Below are positions 28,947 through 39,997 of a stretch of DNA of 64,000 nt, in pieces. Source of the stretch: a virus; the IMG/VR virus record IMGVR_UViG_3300036791_000264, positions 32,001 through 96,000 of that record, one strand, 5' to 3'. The notes below the pieces were generated by a model. That model was not told where the DNA came from. It ran no database searches and worked only from the letters and a program-made list of their open reading frames with translations. Every line of letters begins with the position of its first letter. Positions within the stretch are counted from its first letter, which is position 1. A program made the translations under genes and the position numbers.

Positions 28947-29444
28947 ATGAGTGATGAAGCTGTCGACGTTAAGCCAATCGTGGTCGGTGCCCGTAGCCTG
29001 GGGTTGGACAACGATCCTCAGTTCTGGCAGGAGGTCAACACCAGTCCCTACCTACAGGCGGCAGTCACAGCCCTGGGGCAGCACCTGGAGAGGGTGCCTG
29101 AAGTCGAGGTGACCGCAGATGTCCGCTCGCTCATGCATGTGGAAGCTGCTGAGAGGCCCCCAGCAGCCCGCAGGAGCGCCGCAAAAAATGTTTCCTCCCC
29201 ACACCTCCAGAACGCATTTATTGACGAGGCACGGCATTCTATGGGCCAGCCCTCCCTGGAGGACTGCCACCGGCTTCTCGACGCCTTCGTGGAGATCGAC
29301 TTCAATGACGACAAGCCTTCGGTACGAGGCGTCGTGACCCTTGTCACCCAGCCATCTGTTGGCCCCGCCTACGTGATGCTCGACAACGACACGAAGCTGA
29401 TGTACCCGCTCAACTCGATCCAGGCCATAAGGAGGATGCCCTGA
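28947..29444 (+). CDS. Hypothetical protein
   Basis: ATGA overlap. Confidence 0.6.
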   Translation: MSDEAVDVKPIVVGARSLGLDNDPQFWQEVNTSPYLQAAVTALGQHLERVPEVEVTADVRSLMHVEAAERPPAARRSAAKNVSSPHLQNAFIDEARHSMGQPSLEDCHRLLDAFVEIDFNDDKPSVRGVVTLVTQPSVGPAYVMLDNDTKLMYPLNSIQAIRRMP

Positions 29445-30028
29445 TGGATCTGCCCACCATTGAAGTCACTGAGGAAGAGGCCCAGGCCAAGCTGGCTGAG
29501 TATGAGAAGATGCTGGCTCAGGACCGCACCGTCGAAGACGAGGCCATCGCCCAGGCGTACCGTGCGGCCAAGCGTGGCCTCCAGGTGGTGCGCTTGACCG
29601 AAGCCGTCAAGATGGCCGGTTACTTCGACACTGGTCTGCCTCGCATCGCCATCGCGGGCGCCACCTGGCCTGAGTGCTTTGTGGTCTGGAGTGGGGATGA
29701 CCTCGTCTTCACCGATGACGGGGGCTGGTCTCACAACCGCGGTGCCCTGGTGGGGCGTGGTTCAGTGCGGGTGCCCATGCATGATGTGGGAGTTGCCCCC
29801 GTGCGGAACTGGCGACGTGGTCAGGCTCCTATTCCTCTGGTGCCGCCCCGCTGCCGCCCCAGACCTCGCCGGCTGAAGCACTGTCACGTCCTGTGGGAGG
29901 TGGAGGCGTGGAACAACGTGCCCGCCAAGGATCCCGCTCTGCTGCGTCATATACGTGGTGACCTCTGGGCGGTGCTGGCGGTGTGGGATCTGACAGATTT
30001 GGAAAGGGCTATCCTTGCCCAGCGCTGA
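29444..30028 (+). CDS. Phage hypothetical protein
   Basis: C-terminal 'VLWEVEAW...DPALLRHIRGDLWAVLAVWDLTDLER'. Confidence 0.7.
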   Translation: MDLPTIEVTEEEAQAKLAEYEKMLAQDRTVEDEAIAQAYRAAKRGLQVVRLTEAVKMAGYFDTGLPRIAIAGATWPECFVVWSGDDLVFTDDGGWSHNRGALVGRGSVRVPMHDVGVAPVRNWRRGQAPIPLVPPRCRPRPRRLKHCHVLWEVEAWNNVPAKDPALLRHIRGDLWAVLAVWDLTDLERAILAQR

Positions 30029-30756
30029 CCTAGGAGGCGAGGCGGGAGGGCCGGCGAGCGGGATTGATCACCCGCCACGAGTCAGCGACGAAACGGCTGA
30101 CCCCTCCCGTCTTGACCTTGACTCGTTCACTGTCGAGGCCATCCCTGGCTTCAACGTGACCATCTGGCCCACGCGGGACCATCTACACCATCTGGTCGCC
30201 ACCAGGGTCATGGTGGCTGCTCTGGATCCAGCCCACCCCGTCAATGGCACCATCATGCGCCGGGTCTCAGTGGCTCGCCTGTTGGAGGAGCATGACCACC
30301 CGGACAGCAAGCCGTGGTTCGACGTACAAACCAGTCATGGTGAAATATCGCGAAGCCAGCACGATAATCCCTCACGGCTGCCAAGCGGACGACTTGAGGG
30401 ATCTGCTGAAGAGGATCGAGGAGCAGGGGATGCCAACGATCAACCGCAGGACACGACGCCAGGCCCAGAGAGTGGGGGACAGAGCCAGGAGAGCAAAGGC
30501 CAAACGATGAGGTTCTTCAATCTGCTGCCCAGGGAGTTGGCCCCAGGAGACCAGTGGGACGACGGTCAGATCGTGGAGAGCATTGAGCCGTGGGAGTCCT
30601 CGTCGCAGTGCCTCATCATGTTCCAGGATGGCACCAGCATCGTCTGGCCCTGGGAAGCACCCAGGAGGATCTACCGGCCATGACCCTCTTCTTTGTTGCT
30701 GCTGGCTTCACCGTCTGTGGCTATCTGCTCATGATTATCGAGAAACTGCGCCACTC

Positions 30757-31809
30757 ATGACCATCGGCCTGGTGATGATCGTCAAGGACGAGGCGTTGAT
30801 CCTGCCTCGTCTGGCCGACAGCGTGCGCGACCACATCGATTACTGGACGGTGGTGGACACCGGTAGCACCGACGACACCCTGGAGGTGCTGGACCGGATC
30901 TTCACCCCGATCCCAGGCCATGTGGCGATCCATCCCTTCGACGGGTTCGGCCCATCTCGCACCTTCGCCCTCCAGGAGGCAGAGCCACATACTGACTGGA
31001 TGCTGTGCCTGTGCGCCGATGAGACCTTCCATGGTGCCATCGAACTGATCGACGCTGACATCATCGAAGCAGAGCAGCACAATGGCGATCTCCGGTTCTG
31101 GCTGCCCCGGTTGCTGAAGTCAGGCCGGGGCTGGGAGTCGAGAGGTCGGGCACATGAGTACTACTGGTCCCCGGTAGGCAGTGCCACCTGGCCGGCGCGC
31201 ACCGACACCTTCTACGTCGAGCATCACGGTGACGGTCACGACCAGCCCAACAAGTTCCGACGCGACGCCGAGTTGCTCCTCCAGGACTGGGCTGAGGACA
31301 GCGCCAATCCCAGGACGGCCTTCTACCTGGGCCGCACCTATGACTGCATGGGTGAGCCGGCAGAGGCAGTGGGCTGGTACCGCCAGCACATCAACATGGG
31401 AGGCTGGATCGAGGAGGTCTTCTACTCCCGGTTCCGCCTGGGTGTGTGCCTGCTCAACCTGGGCGCCAAGGAGGAAGGTGCGGGGCATCTGTGGGAAGCC
31501 TGGGGCATGATCCCCCACCGGGCTGAGCCTATGGTGGCCCTGTCGGAGCATTATCGCCTCGCCAACCAGTGGACCCTGGCCTGGCATGTCGCCAACCTGG
31601 CCCAGGAGTACATGGATCTGGATGAGCCTGGCCTGTTCGTGGACAAGTCCATGGAGTGGCGGGTGACGTATGAGATCTCCATCAGTGCCTGGTACACCGA
31701 TCACAAGGACTGGGGCAAGCTGGCCCTCAACCGGCTGCTGCGCTACCCCGACATCCCGGAGCCGTTCTATAGCTCGATCCGCTCCAACCAGGAGTTCTAC
31801 TTCACATGA
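30757..31809 (+). CDS. GT2 glycosyltransferase with TPR repeats
   Basis: 'MIVKDEA', 'VVDTGSTDDT', 'CADE', 'AHEY'; TPR-like 'FYLGRTY', 'PHRAEP'. Confidence 0.9.
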   Translation: MTIGLVMIVKDEALILPRLADSVRDHIDYWTVVDTGSTDDTLEVLDRIFTPIPGHVAIHPFDGFGPSRTFALQEAEPHTDWMLCLCADETFHGAIELIDADIIEAEQHNGDLRFWLPRLLKSGRGWESRGRAHEYYWSPVGSATWPARTDTFYVEHHGDGHDQPNKFRRDAELLLQDWAEDSANPRTAFYLGRTYDCMGEPAEAVGWYRQHINMGGWIEEVFYSRFRLGVCLLNLGAKEEGAGHLWEAWGMIPHRAEPMVALSEHYRLANQWTLAWHVANLAQEYMDLDEPGLFVDKSMEWRVTYEISISAWYTDHKDWGKLALNRLLRYPDIPEPFYSSIRSNQEFYFT

Positions 31810-31962
31810 GTCAGGCCAGTCTGCCACCCATCACTGGCCCGGACCCAGAGCCACCGGACGGTGAGCAGTTAGCACAGATCACGGTGCGGATAAAACGCAG
31901 CGAGCTACGCATGTTCCTGCTCCTCCTGCCGGAAACGGTGGACTACCTGGAGGTGCAGTTTC

Positions 31963-32121
31963 TTGAGTGACAGCTTCACCTGTCCCCGGTGCGGCATGAC
32001 CAGCCACAATCCTCATGACTTGGAGGAGGGCTATTGCGCGAAGTGCTGCACCTGGACTGCCCCACCCTGGGGCATCGTCTGGCCCTTCGTCAGGAGTTCG
32101 GATGATCCACCTAGTTCGTAA
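31963..32121 (+). CDS. Small Zn-ribbon protein
   Basis: FTCPRCGMTSHNPHDLEEGYCAKC; translated by hand. Confidence 0.55.
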   Translation: MSDSFTCPRCGMTSHNPHDLEEGYCAKCCTWTAPPWGIVWPFVRSSDDPPSS

Positions 32122-32728
32122 GCCGGTTCTGTCGGTCGTAGAGGGTGACAACGACGACCTGATGGTCAAGGTGGCACGTCTGTGGATCCGGCCCTCAGAC
32201 ATCGTCCTGGACACCACCTACGGCAGGGGCGCCTTCTGGTCGAAGCGCCGGCCCAGGCACCTGATCATCAGTGAGTACGACTTCACGGCCCTGCCCTACG
32301 AGGACGGCTATGCCGACGTGGTGGTGTACGACCCGCCTTATACATCTAACGGTGGGGACGCCACCGACGAGGACGTGGCCGAGATGCGTGAGCGCTATGG
32401 CACCAACGACATCAAGGGCTGGCAGAACCTCTTTGTCCGTAACGCTCAGGGCCTAAAGGAGTGCGCCCGTGTGTCGCGCCGGCTGGTCATGGTCAAGTGC
32501 GCTGACTTCGTGGAGAGTGGCGCCAAGCGTTGGGGCCACCAGGAAATGCTCGACACGGCCAAGGGCATCGGTCTGAAGCGGGTGGATGAGTTCGTGCTGG
32601 TGTCAGGCCCCGGCCCTCAACCCAAGAAGAACCTGGACGGCTCAGTGCGTCGCCAAGTCCACTCCAGGCGGGCGCACAGCTTCCTGTGCGTCTTCACCAC
32701 TGGAAGCCTGACCAGAAGGGGCGGGTGA
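32102..32728 (+). CDS. DNA amino-methyltransferase (m6A/m4C)
   Basis: 'VLDTTYGRGAFW' SAM motif and catalytic 'VVYDPPY'. Confidence 0.85.
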   Translation: MIHLVRKPVLSVVEGDNDDLMVKVARLWIRPSDIVLDTTYGRGAFWSKRRPRHLIISEYDFTALPYEDGYADVVVYDPPYTSNGGDATDEDVAEMRERYGTNDIKGWQNLFVRNAQGLKECARVSRRLVMVKCADFVESGAKRWGHQEMLDTAKGIGLKRVDEFVLVSGPGPQPKKNLDGSVRRQVHSRRAHSFLCVFTTGSLTRRGG

Positions 32729-33149
32729 GGGGGCGTAGCTCCTCCTCCAGGAGCCGCTCCTTCTCGGACCAGCGCTCGGTGCCCCGGAAGATGGGCAGGC
32801 CCCGCCAGCCGCCCAGGGCCTCTGCGATCTCGTCAGGCTGGAGGAGCGGGTGGCCTACCGGGAAGTTGTCGACGTGGGCGACGTGCTTGTCCACCTGGGT
32901 GCGGAGGAACTGACCGTAGAGGTCACAGCACAGCACCAGGGGATAGGGGGTGACGGTGCCCTGATAGGGGAAGGTCATGTTCTTGGACAGCACCACGTCC
33001 ATGTCGGTGGCTAGTTCAGGGGTGGTGTGCAGGAGGATCCCCTGCACGTACTTGGATCGGCTGACATCCCAGAGAAGGACGAGGTTGCTGCGGCCATCAC
33101 TGACTCGCACCCTCACGATGTCTCCGACTTGTGGGTTCTTGATCATCAC
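32694..33149 (-). CDS. Hypothetical protein
   Basis: Last gene of the leftward early operon. Confidence 0.55.
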   Translation of the reverse strand: MMIKNPQVGDIVRVRVSDGRSNLVLLWDVSRSKYVQGILLHTTPELATDMDVVLSKNMTFPYQGTVTPYPLVLCCDLYGQFLRTQVDKHVAHVDNFPVGHPLLQPDEIAEALGGWRGLPIFRGTERWSEKERLLEEELRPLTRPFWSGFQW

Positions 33150-33487
33150 TTACTTCAAGGAGCCTTCCGCCCCCAGGTGTCAAGATTTTGTGGCGGTTCA
33201 TAACCAACTGGGCGCAGCATCCGCCATTGGCCCTCATGTTCTCCTGTCCCGAACTCCACGTAGCCAGAAGGCCCTCCCCAGCGCATCCACTCAGCTACAG
33301 GCTCGTCCATGCTCATCCAGTCGGACGGGATATAGACGGTCACGGGAAGGCTCCTGACGTGTCGATGAGCATGAGGCTGTGGCGATTCAGTTCGTGCGCG
33401 AAGTTCTCCAGGTCGAAGTCTTCGATGTCCATGATCCTCACCATGTAGATGTCGGCCAGGAACCGACGTATCTCTTCTCGCAGTTCC

Positions 33488-33880
33488 TCACGCACGGCGC
33501 AGCCGGTCGTACTTGCCCATCAGTCGCTGGGCCACGTCCATGGCCTCCTGAGAGGGATTCTCGATGTCGCGCTTGCCATGCTCAGCGGCCTCAGCACCGG
33601 AGGAGAACAGCGGTGTGTGCTCCTCAACGGTGCTGGGGTCGATGCCCCACATACGGAAGGCTAGAGGCTCATGTGCGTGGTCTTGGCGCCCGTGTACGAC
33701 CGCCCAGCCATGGCAGATGACCTCAGGCGTGGCATGGCAGTGGAAGGCCCCTATGGGCTGCTCAGCGGTCACTGCGTCGTACTGAGCCAGCTTGTCGTAC
33801 TCGACGGCAGCCCACACCCCACTGGGTACGTCGCGTCGGTAGGGGCACGCGGTGCAGGACTCCTTGCGGATGTCAGTCAT
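33488..33880 (-). CDS. DUF6283-like Cys/His protein
   Basis: 'CTACPYRRDVPSGVW...YDKL...FHCH...CHGW'. Confidence 0.7.
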   Translation of the reverse strand: MTDIRKESCTACPYRRDVPSGVWAAVEYDKLAQYDAVTAEQPIGAFHCHATPEVICHGWAVVHGRQDHAHEPLAFRMWGIDPSTVEEHTPLFSSGAEAAEHGKRDIENPSQEAMDVAQRLMGKYDRLRRA

Positions 33881-34661
33881 TGCTTCCCCAACTCTCGGAC
33901 CTCCAGAATGAAAGTGACTTCGGCCTCGGTGGGTAGCTCTTCATCGAAGCCAGGCTTGGTGGGTGAATACCAGCGCCAGGTGCCGTGATCGTCGTACAAC
34001 TCCCAGCCACCATCCAGGCGCAGGATGACCTTGGCGGTGGTGGGCCAGTCGGAAGCATCTTCGGTCATAGCAGAGATCCTTCTCGGTAGCGGGCGTACAT
34101 TCTGGTGCCACCCTCGCGTCCACCACCCAACACGAAGACTTCGGAACTGTGGTCTTTCGGCCACATAAGCGACCTCAAGGCCCGGTCGATACTGGACCGG
34201 CTGAAGGGAAGCTGCTCAGCTAGTCGGCTGGCGGTGGTGAAATGAGGCATGACAGGTATGGCCTTCAGCACTTCCTCGCGGACGGTCATCGGGGTGGGTT
34301 CTTAATGATCTCGTCGTTGATGCCCTGGGCAGCGAGGATGTGAGCGATGATGTCGCTGAGAAGGATGAAATCCTTCTGTGGCGCAGCTACCGGGGCGCCC
34401 ACGCGCTCAGCTTCAGCGAGTAGCTCTGGCCGGCGCATCTTGTGCAGCCGGCGCTCATAGCCCACCAGCGAGTGGATCTCACTCACTGATGCTCCACCAC
34501 CACGCTGTTCTCAAAGAACTCGTGCGGCATCCAGGTCGTCCATGGATCGGGGCGGAAGTCGACCTGGATGGTGGTGGGGTCGAGGTGCCCAGGTAGGCGC
34601 ACCAGCACCTGCTGCTGGCTGTCGGGCACGGTGATGACGACGGCGGTCTCTTGGTAGGTGG

Positions 34662-34976
34662 TCATCGGCCCAGCAGTCGATTGAGCCGCTCGTCGTAGCG
34701 CTGCTGGCGAGCGTCGGTGCGGATGGATGCAGCGATGGACGAGGCCACGATGTCAGCGCAGGCGTCCGGTCCCAGACCGAAATCCTTGGCGTTGACCTCG
34801 GCGCAGATCTGGTTGGCCTGCTCGTAGGTCTTGCCCCAATACCAGGGCTGGGCCAGGTCATCCTTACCGATCATGGGCTGGTGTCCAGACTCGCCCTCGG
34901 TGACCAGCGACGGTATGTAGCCGTACTCGTTGCACTGGCCGTGGGGGATGTAATAGCAGCGGCGAGGTTCAGTCAT
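34662..34976 (-). CDS. Hypothetical early protein
   Basis: ATGA-coupled chain. Confidence 0.6.
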   Translation of the reverse strand: MTEPRRCYYIPHGQCNEYGYIPSLVTEGESGHQPMIGKDDLAQPWYWGKTYEQANQICAEVNAKDFGLGPDACADIVASSIAASIRTDARQQRYDERLNRLLGR

Positions 34977-35380
34977 GACTTCTTCTCCTTGTGTTCAAAG
35001 CCCCAGCCACACTTGACCCAGTTGGCCGGGTAGCCCAGGAGCTTGTCGGCGGCGTCCTTGGCGCCCTGGATGTCACCGTTCCAGGTGCCAGCCATCTCCC
35101 AGCGCCAGCCCCCGCCCTTGTGGCTGACGTTCAGCACCCAGTTGCGATCCTGGTTGCGAGAGGCACTGGGGTTCTTCGGCGGGGACAGCGAGATGCGGTA
35201 CTCGATCTGGTCGGTGCCTAGGGTCATGCCGGTGGGACGATGCCCGTGGGTCAGGCGCCGGGTGTCATGGTCGTCCTTGTGGCGCAGCACCAGCTTCTGA
35301 TGGGGCAGGCGCATGGCCTTGTGGGTGTCGTCACCGTGCTGGACGGCGAGGTGGCTGACCAGTTGCTGCTTGGGGGTCAT
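34973..35380 (-). CDS. Hypothetical early protein
   Basis: ATGA-coupled chain. Confidence 0.6.
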   Translation of the reverse strand: MTPKQQLVSHLAVQHGDDTHKAMRLPHQKLVLRHKDDHDTRRLTHGHRPTGMTLGTDQIEYRISLSPPKNPSASRNQDRNWVLNVSHKGGGWRWEMAGTWNGDIQGAKDAADKLLGYPANWVKCGWGFEHKEKKS

Positions 35381-35579
35381 GACTCTTCCCCGATGTAGAA
35401 CTCCTCAGGCTTGCCGTTCATGGTGACCCCGTCGCGCCAGGTCAGCCCAATGGTGTAGCGAGAGCCATGGAGGTAAGTGATGAACCACTGGCCTAGGCCA
35501 TCCTTGATGACCTGATAGTCATCGGTCTGGTGGTAGACGGTCTTGCCCGCCTCCACTGCTGCCTTGATCTCTTCTAGGG

Positions 35580-36008
35580 TCATGACTTGTACTCCGGGTG
35601 CAGGGCCAGGAACTGCGCCCGTAGCTCTCGATTGATGTCGAGGTGATGCACGAGCAGACGGCCTCTCTCCGAGTCCAAGAGCTTGCGGCCCTCTGGGTCT
35701 GGACACCAGACGTGAGACCCGTCGTCACCCTTGACCAGTTTCTGGGCGGGCACGAGCCGGGTGCCATTCACGAACACATCGACATAGGGTTCCTGTTCGG
35801 CGCCAGCGGGCCAGGCCCGGAAGGTGACGCTGGTGACACGGGCCTCGATGTCGTCCCCAGTGATCTCCTGGCCCTCCCGGAACACCCTGAGGCGTTGCTC
35901 AGACAGTGAGTTAGGCATGGTGGCGTCCAGTCGGCCCTGGATGTCGGGACCGTCTTCCACCTCGTACTCGTACTCGTGGAAGACTTGAGGGTTAGGTGCG
36001 AGGTTCAT
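35580..36008 (-). CDS. Hypothetical early protein
   Basis: ATGA-coupled chain. Confidence 0.6.
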   Translation of the reverse strand: MNLAPNPQVFHEYEYEVEDGPDIQGRLDATMPNSLSEQRLRVFREGQEITGDDIEARVTSVTFRAWPAGAEQEPYVDVFVNGTRLVPAQKLVKGDDGSHVWCPDPEGRKLLDSERGRLLVHHLDINRELRAQFLALHPEYKS

Positions 36009-36451
36009 GGCTTGGACTCGATGATGTTGCGAAAGGCGTCGTCGCCCTCAGCAGGCAGATGGGCCAGCGAGTAGCCGCTGGGGCAGCCTTGCGAGTGAAG
36101 GGCGATGCGGCCCTCAGCCACGGTGTAGAAGGTGGTGACCGGGGTGTGGGGGTCCAGTGGCGAGTACAGACCGATCCGGCGCTCAGCGTCGGTGGTCAGG
36201 TCGTAGCGCTCCTCCTCGTCAGCGGTGGTGTTGTAGGTGAGCGTGCGAACGATGGCACTGGTCAGGTTGTCCAGGCTGGACAGCGGCACCACCAGCACCT
36301 GGCGACCGGTGACGGTGGCGCCGGCATAGCCACGGCCATCCTCAAGCACGTCTGAGGACTCGACAGCGATGACAGCGACGGCCTTGCCCTCCCGGCGTTG
36401 CAGGCTCACGTCGTACTGGGTGGTGGTGCGGGTGACTTTCTTCGCCATCAT
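36005..36451 (-). CDS. Hypothetical early protein
   Basis: ATGA-coupled chain. Confidence 0.6.
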   Translation of the reverse strand: MMAKKVTRTTTQYDVSLQRREGKAVAVIAVESSDVLEDGRGYAGATVTGRQVLVVPLSSLDNLTSAIVRTLTYNTTADEEERYDLTTDAERRIGLYSPLDPHTPVTTFYTVAEGRIALHSQGCPSGYSLAHLPAEGDDAFRNIIESKP

Positions 36452-37070
36452 GGTGCCAGCACTTTCCAGCCGAAGCTGGCCCAGCGGGCGGGGGTGGGGG
36501 GCTTGAGGCCCTTCAGCTTGACGGTGTACTGGGCACGGCGACGATTGTTAATCCTTCCGGAGGAGGTCTCGTCGGCGGGCCAGCACAGGTCGTAGCGCAG
36601 CATGTCAGCGGGGAAATCCCCACTGCCCTGCACCTCAAACTCGATGGCGTTTTGCGCCGCCTCGATGAGCTTGTCCTTCTGGCGGGCGGTCAGTTTGGTA
36701 GGCATTCGTACTCCTTGCTGGTTGTCGGCGGGTTGTCGGTTGCTGTGGTAGCTGTTGGTCAGTATAGCGCACATGTGTGTGCTTGCGGTGTCAGGTGGGT
36801 GGGTTATCTTCTGCATTCATACGGTCACGGAACCTGACTGCCTCCTTGTACACGTCGAAGGCTTCCTGCTCGTTGGTTTCGTCCTTGTAGACCACCCACA
36901 GCGGGTACGAATGGGTCTGAAGGCCAGGGCACAGGTAGCCTTGTTTGCCTTCGCGGATCGCCCTGTCACGCTCCCACAGTTCACCGCGGTAATGCTGAGG
37001 ATTGCGTCCCAGGCGCATGGGGTGAGGCTCTTCACATTCTGTGAGGGCCTCCTCCCGTTGGATGACCCAT

Positions 37071-37376
37071 TTACCCATTGGTGGTCTCGATCAGGTTGAT
37101 GCTCTCGCCCTCCCCACCGCAGCCCTCGCAGTGGAAGAGGTCGCCCTCGTCATACTGACGGGTGGGACGAGGGTTGAAGCGCAGCCTGGTGTCTTCGCAG
37201 TAGGGACAGTGAGGCTTGGCTCGCTCCTTACGGATGGCGTCGAGCATTGAGTCCTTGTGCGTGATGCCCCAGGCCAGCACCAGGCCAGGGACATGTTGCC
37301 AACCCCAGCCGATCAGGTCAGCGAGTTCTTCGTCTGGCTCACCCTCAGGCCACTCGGAGTCGTATTTAGGGGTCAT
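37071..37376 (-). CDS. Protein with DnaJ-like CxxCxGxG motifs
   Basis: CPYC...CEGCGGEG. Confidence 0.55.
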   Translation of the reverse strand: MTPKYDSEWPEGEPDEELADLIGWGWQHVPGLVLAWGITHKDSMLDAIRKERAKPHCPYCEDTRLRFNPRPTRQYDEGDLFHCEGCGGEGESINLIETTNG

Positions 37377-37723
37377 GACAGCAGCGCCGCCATGGGCTTG
37401 GGTGACCAGTACAGGTCTCGCTCGATGGGCAGGCCCATCAGGCCACGGTGGTCGACCAGTTCGTTCAGCCAGATGTCGCCGGCCTCGGGGCCATGACCCA
37501 GGTCAGCTACGCCGTAGGCAATGAAGTTGCCGTCCTCGTCCTGGTCGACTGACGCCAGGTACCACGTACCAGAGCCGGTCGGATCGAACAGCTTGATCTT
37601 GCAGATGATGCCCTTGAAGTTCTCCTCATCGGGTAGCTCTGCGAACGTGGGCATGTGGTCAGCCTTGCGGACGTAGCGGTACGCAGGGCGCTTCTGGAAT
37701 GTGCTGGTGATCTCGATGGTCAT
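37373..37723 (-). CDS. DUF2958-like protein
   Basis: 'KLFDPTGSGTWYL...YGVADLGHGPEAG..L.EL...GLPIERDLYW'. Confidence 0.8.
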   Translation of the reverse strand: MTIEITSTFQKRPAYRYVRKADHMPTFAELPDEENFKGIICKIKLFDPTGSGTWYLASVDQDEDGNFIAYGVADLGHGPEAGDIWLNELVDHRGLMGLPIERDLYWSPKPMAALLS

Positions 37724-38104
37724 GACTTGGCCTCCTCCAGGCAGGCGGGGCAGGGCGGGCGCTCGTGGCCGGGGAAGTCCCAGGCATCGGACAGGACCGC
37801 CCCACACAGGGGCAGGTCGCCCTTCTCGGGCGGGATGCCCAGGAAGGTGCGGAAGATGTGGTTGTAGCTCTCAGCGTCCATCAGAATGGCTCCTCTTCTC
37901 CGGTGTAGCTCTCGTGTTGCACGGTCTGGCCCAGGCGGGCCTGGATCTCAGCCTGGTGGTCATTCCAGGCGTCGGCGGTGACCTGGCTCACTTCACAGTT
38001 GCCATGGCACACCGGGCAGGGGATGGTTGGCTCGGGGCAGTTGCGGGCGCCCCAGCGAGGGTGGCGAATCTCGCCATAGCCCTCGCACTCGGGGCACTCC
38101 ACCA

Positions 38105-39064
38105 TCACGCCGCCCCCTCTTCCTTGTCAGCGAACGTGGTGCCCACGATGCGGTCGACCGCCTTCTGAGCGGCGCTGGCAGCCTTGATGATCAGGTTGCT
38201 GTCGCCCTCCAGGGCCTTGACCCAGTGGGCCAGGTAGCTGGCGCTGTTGTCGAGCGTGGCAGCCTGCTCGATGCCGGCGATGGCGCAGAGGATGGCCGCA
38301 CCAAGTTCCGCCACCAGTTCCTCATTGCTGTAGATCTTGTCACCAAAGGCGCCGAACGTGCCCTGGGCGATGCCCTCCCTCTTCAAGCGAGAGTCATGGC
38401 CCGTGGAGTGGGTCAACTCGTGGTAGAGCGTGCTGTACCAGGCTTCCGCGGACACGAAGTCAGCGAACTGAGGCATCTGGACATGGTCGGTAGCGGGCCG
38501 GTAGAACGCCTTGTCGCCACCCTGGCTCAGCGAGGGGCCATGGGCCAGGTACTCCGCGACGAGAGCCTCAGCGGCCTCGATGGGGTCAGCGCCCTCGACA
38601 GGCTCAGCGACCTGGGGCAGCTTGGCGCCCTCAGTCCAGTCAGCCTGCTCGATGTTGAACACATGGAAGAGGCGCAGCAAGGGGATCTTCTTGACCTTGC
38701 CCTCGCCATCGGTCTTCTCGATGATCTTCCAGAACACGATCTCGGTGGACTTCTCACCCTTGCGGACTTGTCCCCCCCGCTCGGAGATCTGCTTGTAGGT
38801 GCCCCACAGGTTGGAGGTGTAGCCCGCGGCCACGCCTGTGAGCCACAGGGTGAACACGTTCACGCCCCGGTACGGACGACCGGTGGACAGCGAGGTGGGC
38901 AGGTCAGAGGAGCCATTGCTCTTCCAGGTCTTGTGCCAGGGCACGGTGCCGGCCTTGAGGGCGGCGATGATCTTGTTGGTGGTCTCAGCGGCAGCGTCGC
39001 GCACCACGCGGGTGACACGGCCCTTGTTCTGGATCTTGGACTTGGATGCGGTTGCGGTAGCCAT
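38105..39064 (-). CDS. ardC: ArdC-like antirestriction / ssDNA-binding protein with zincin domain
   Basis: 'VPWHKTW', 'YRGVN', 'GGQVRKGEK', 'VFNIEQ', 'HELTHSTGH..RL.R', 'EELVAE', 'SYLAHW'. Confidence 0.92.
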   Translation of the reverse strand: MATATASKSKIQNKGRVTRVVRDAAAETTNKIIAALKAGTVPWHKTWKSNGSSDLPTSLSTGRPYRGVNVFTLWLTGVAAGYTSNLWGTYKQISERGGQVRKGEKSTEIVFWKIIEKTDGEGKVKKIPLLRLFHVFNIEQADWTEGAKLPQVAEPVEGADPIEAAEALVAEYLAHGPSLSQGGDKAFYRPATDHVQMPQFADFVSAEAWYSTLYHELTHSTGHDSRLKREGIAQGTFGAFGDKIYSNEELVAELGAAILCAIAGIEQAATLDNSASYLAHWVKALEGDSNLIIKAASAAQKAVDRIVGTTFADKEEGAA

Positions 39065-39308
39065 GTGTCTACTATACCAGAGTGAGCAGTCGCATGTGGT
39101 CACCTACGCAGATTTCTTTGGCTCCTGCTCTTGGAGTTCCAGGCGCGCCGGTTCCCGATGTGGAAGCACCCACACCAGGCGCACTTGAAGGCATAGGTGA
39201 AGGCGCCCTTGGATCTCAGGCCAGACGCGGCAGCAGAGGCAGCCCGCCTGGTGGCGTACTGCCTCTTGCCGGTGACACAATCGGAGCCTTCAGCGGCCAC
39301 GTCACACC

Positions 39309-39668
39309 TCAGTCGTCAGGCTTTACTTCGGTGCCCCCACAGTCGATGCAGTGGTCATTCTCCCAGTACTTGCAGCCACAGTTCAGGCAGCGGTCGCAGC
39401 CCTCCAGGCGTACTCGGTTGTTCAGGTCGCGAGCAGGCTCAGCGATGTCAGGCTCAGCGGCAGCCTTGAGCTTGCTGTCCACGTCCTCCAGGCGGCGCAG
39501 GAGGTGTTCGTGCTGGAGGATGGTGTCAATGCTCTTCTGATTCTGGCCCTTGCACTTGTCACGGGCCTTTTCGTGGTGTCGGCCCGCGACTGAGATGGCA
39601 TAGCGCAGCCGCCAGTAGTCATCCTCGGAGAGGGTGACGGTGATGTTGTTGTACTGGTCGACGCTCAT
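39309..39668 (-). CDS. Hypothetical protein with a C-terminal Zn ribbon
   Basis: CDRC..CGCKYWE..CIDCG. Confidence 0.6.
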   Translation of the reverse strand: MSVDQYNNITVTLSEDDYWRLRYAISVAGRHHEKARDKCKGQNQKSIDTILQHEHLLRRLEDVDSKLKAAAEPDIAEPARDLNNRVRLEGCDRCLNCGCKYWENDHCIDCGGTEVKPDD

Positions 39669-39997
39669 GACTCCTTCTCACCCTGCTCTCCCACCAGGAC
39701 AGCGATGAGGTTGGCGCTGTTCCACTTGTGGCTGGTGGTGCCGGTCTCGGGCAGCGCCCAGCGCTTGCCATTGCTCATGCCGAACACGCCAGCAGTGGCG
39801 TCCTCGCCAGCGACGAAGCTGTGGATGTCCACGCTCAGGTGGTCGCCCAGCCCCAGCGGGTTGACGATCACGGTCTTGTCGCCATGGCGGATGATGATGA
39901 AGGGAGAGGGATCGTCCTGCGTCACGTTGATCTCGGTGACGGGATGCTCCTCGTTGGCGTTGTACTCAGCGAGGAACTCGTTCAGGTTGCGGGACAT
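39665..39997 (-). CDS. Hypothetical early protein
   Basis: First gene of the leftward early arm. Confidence 0.6.
   Translation of the reverse strand: MSRNLNEFLAEYNANEEHPVTEINVTQDDPSPFIIIRHGDKTVIVNPLGLGDHLSVDIHSFVAGEDATAGVFGMSNGKRWALPETGTTSHKWNSANLIAVLVGEQGEKES

Noticed and set aside
38027-39085. Long antisense ORFs (also 2998..4008, 42217..43074, 50565..51668, 62493..63329)
   Set aside because: They fully overlap well-supported genes on the other strand, as expected in high-GC DNA.
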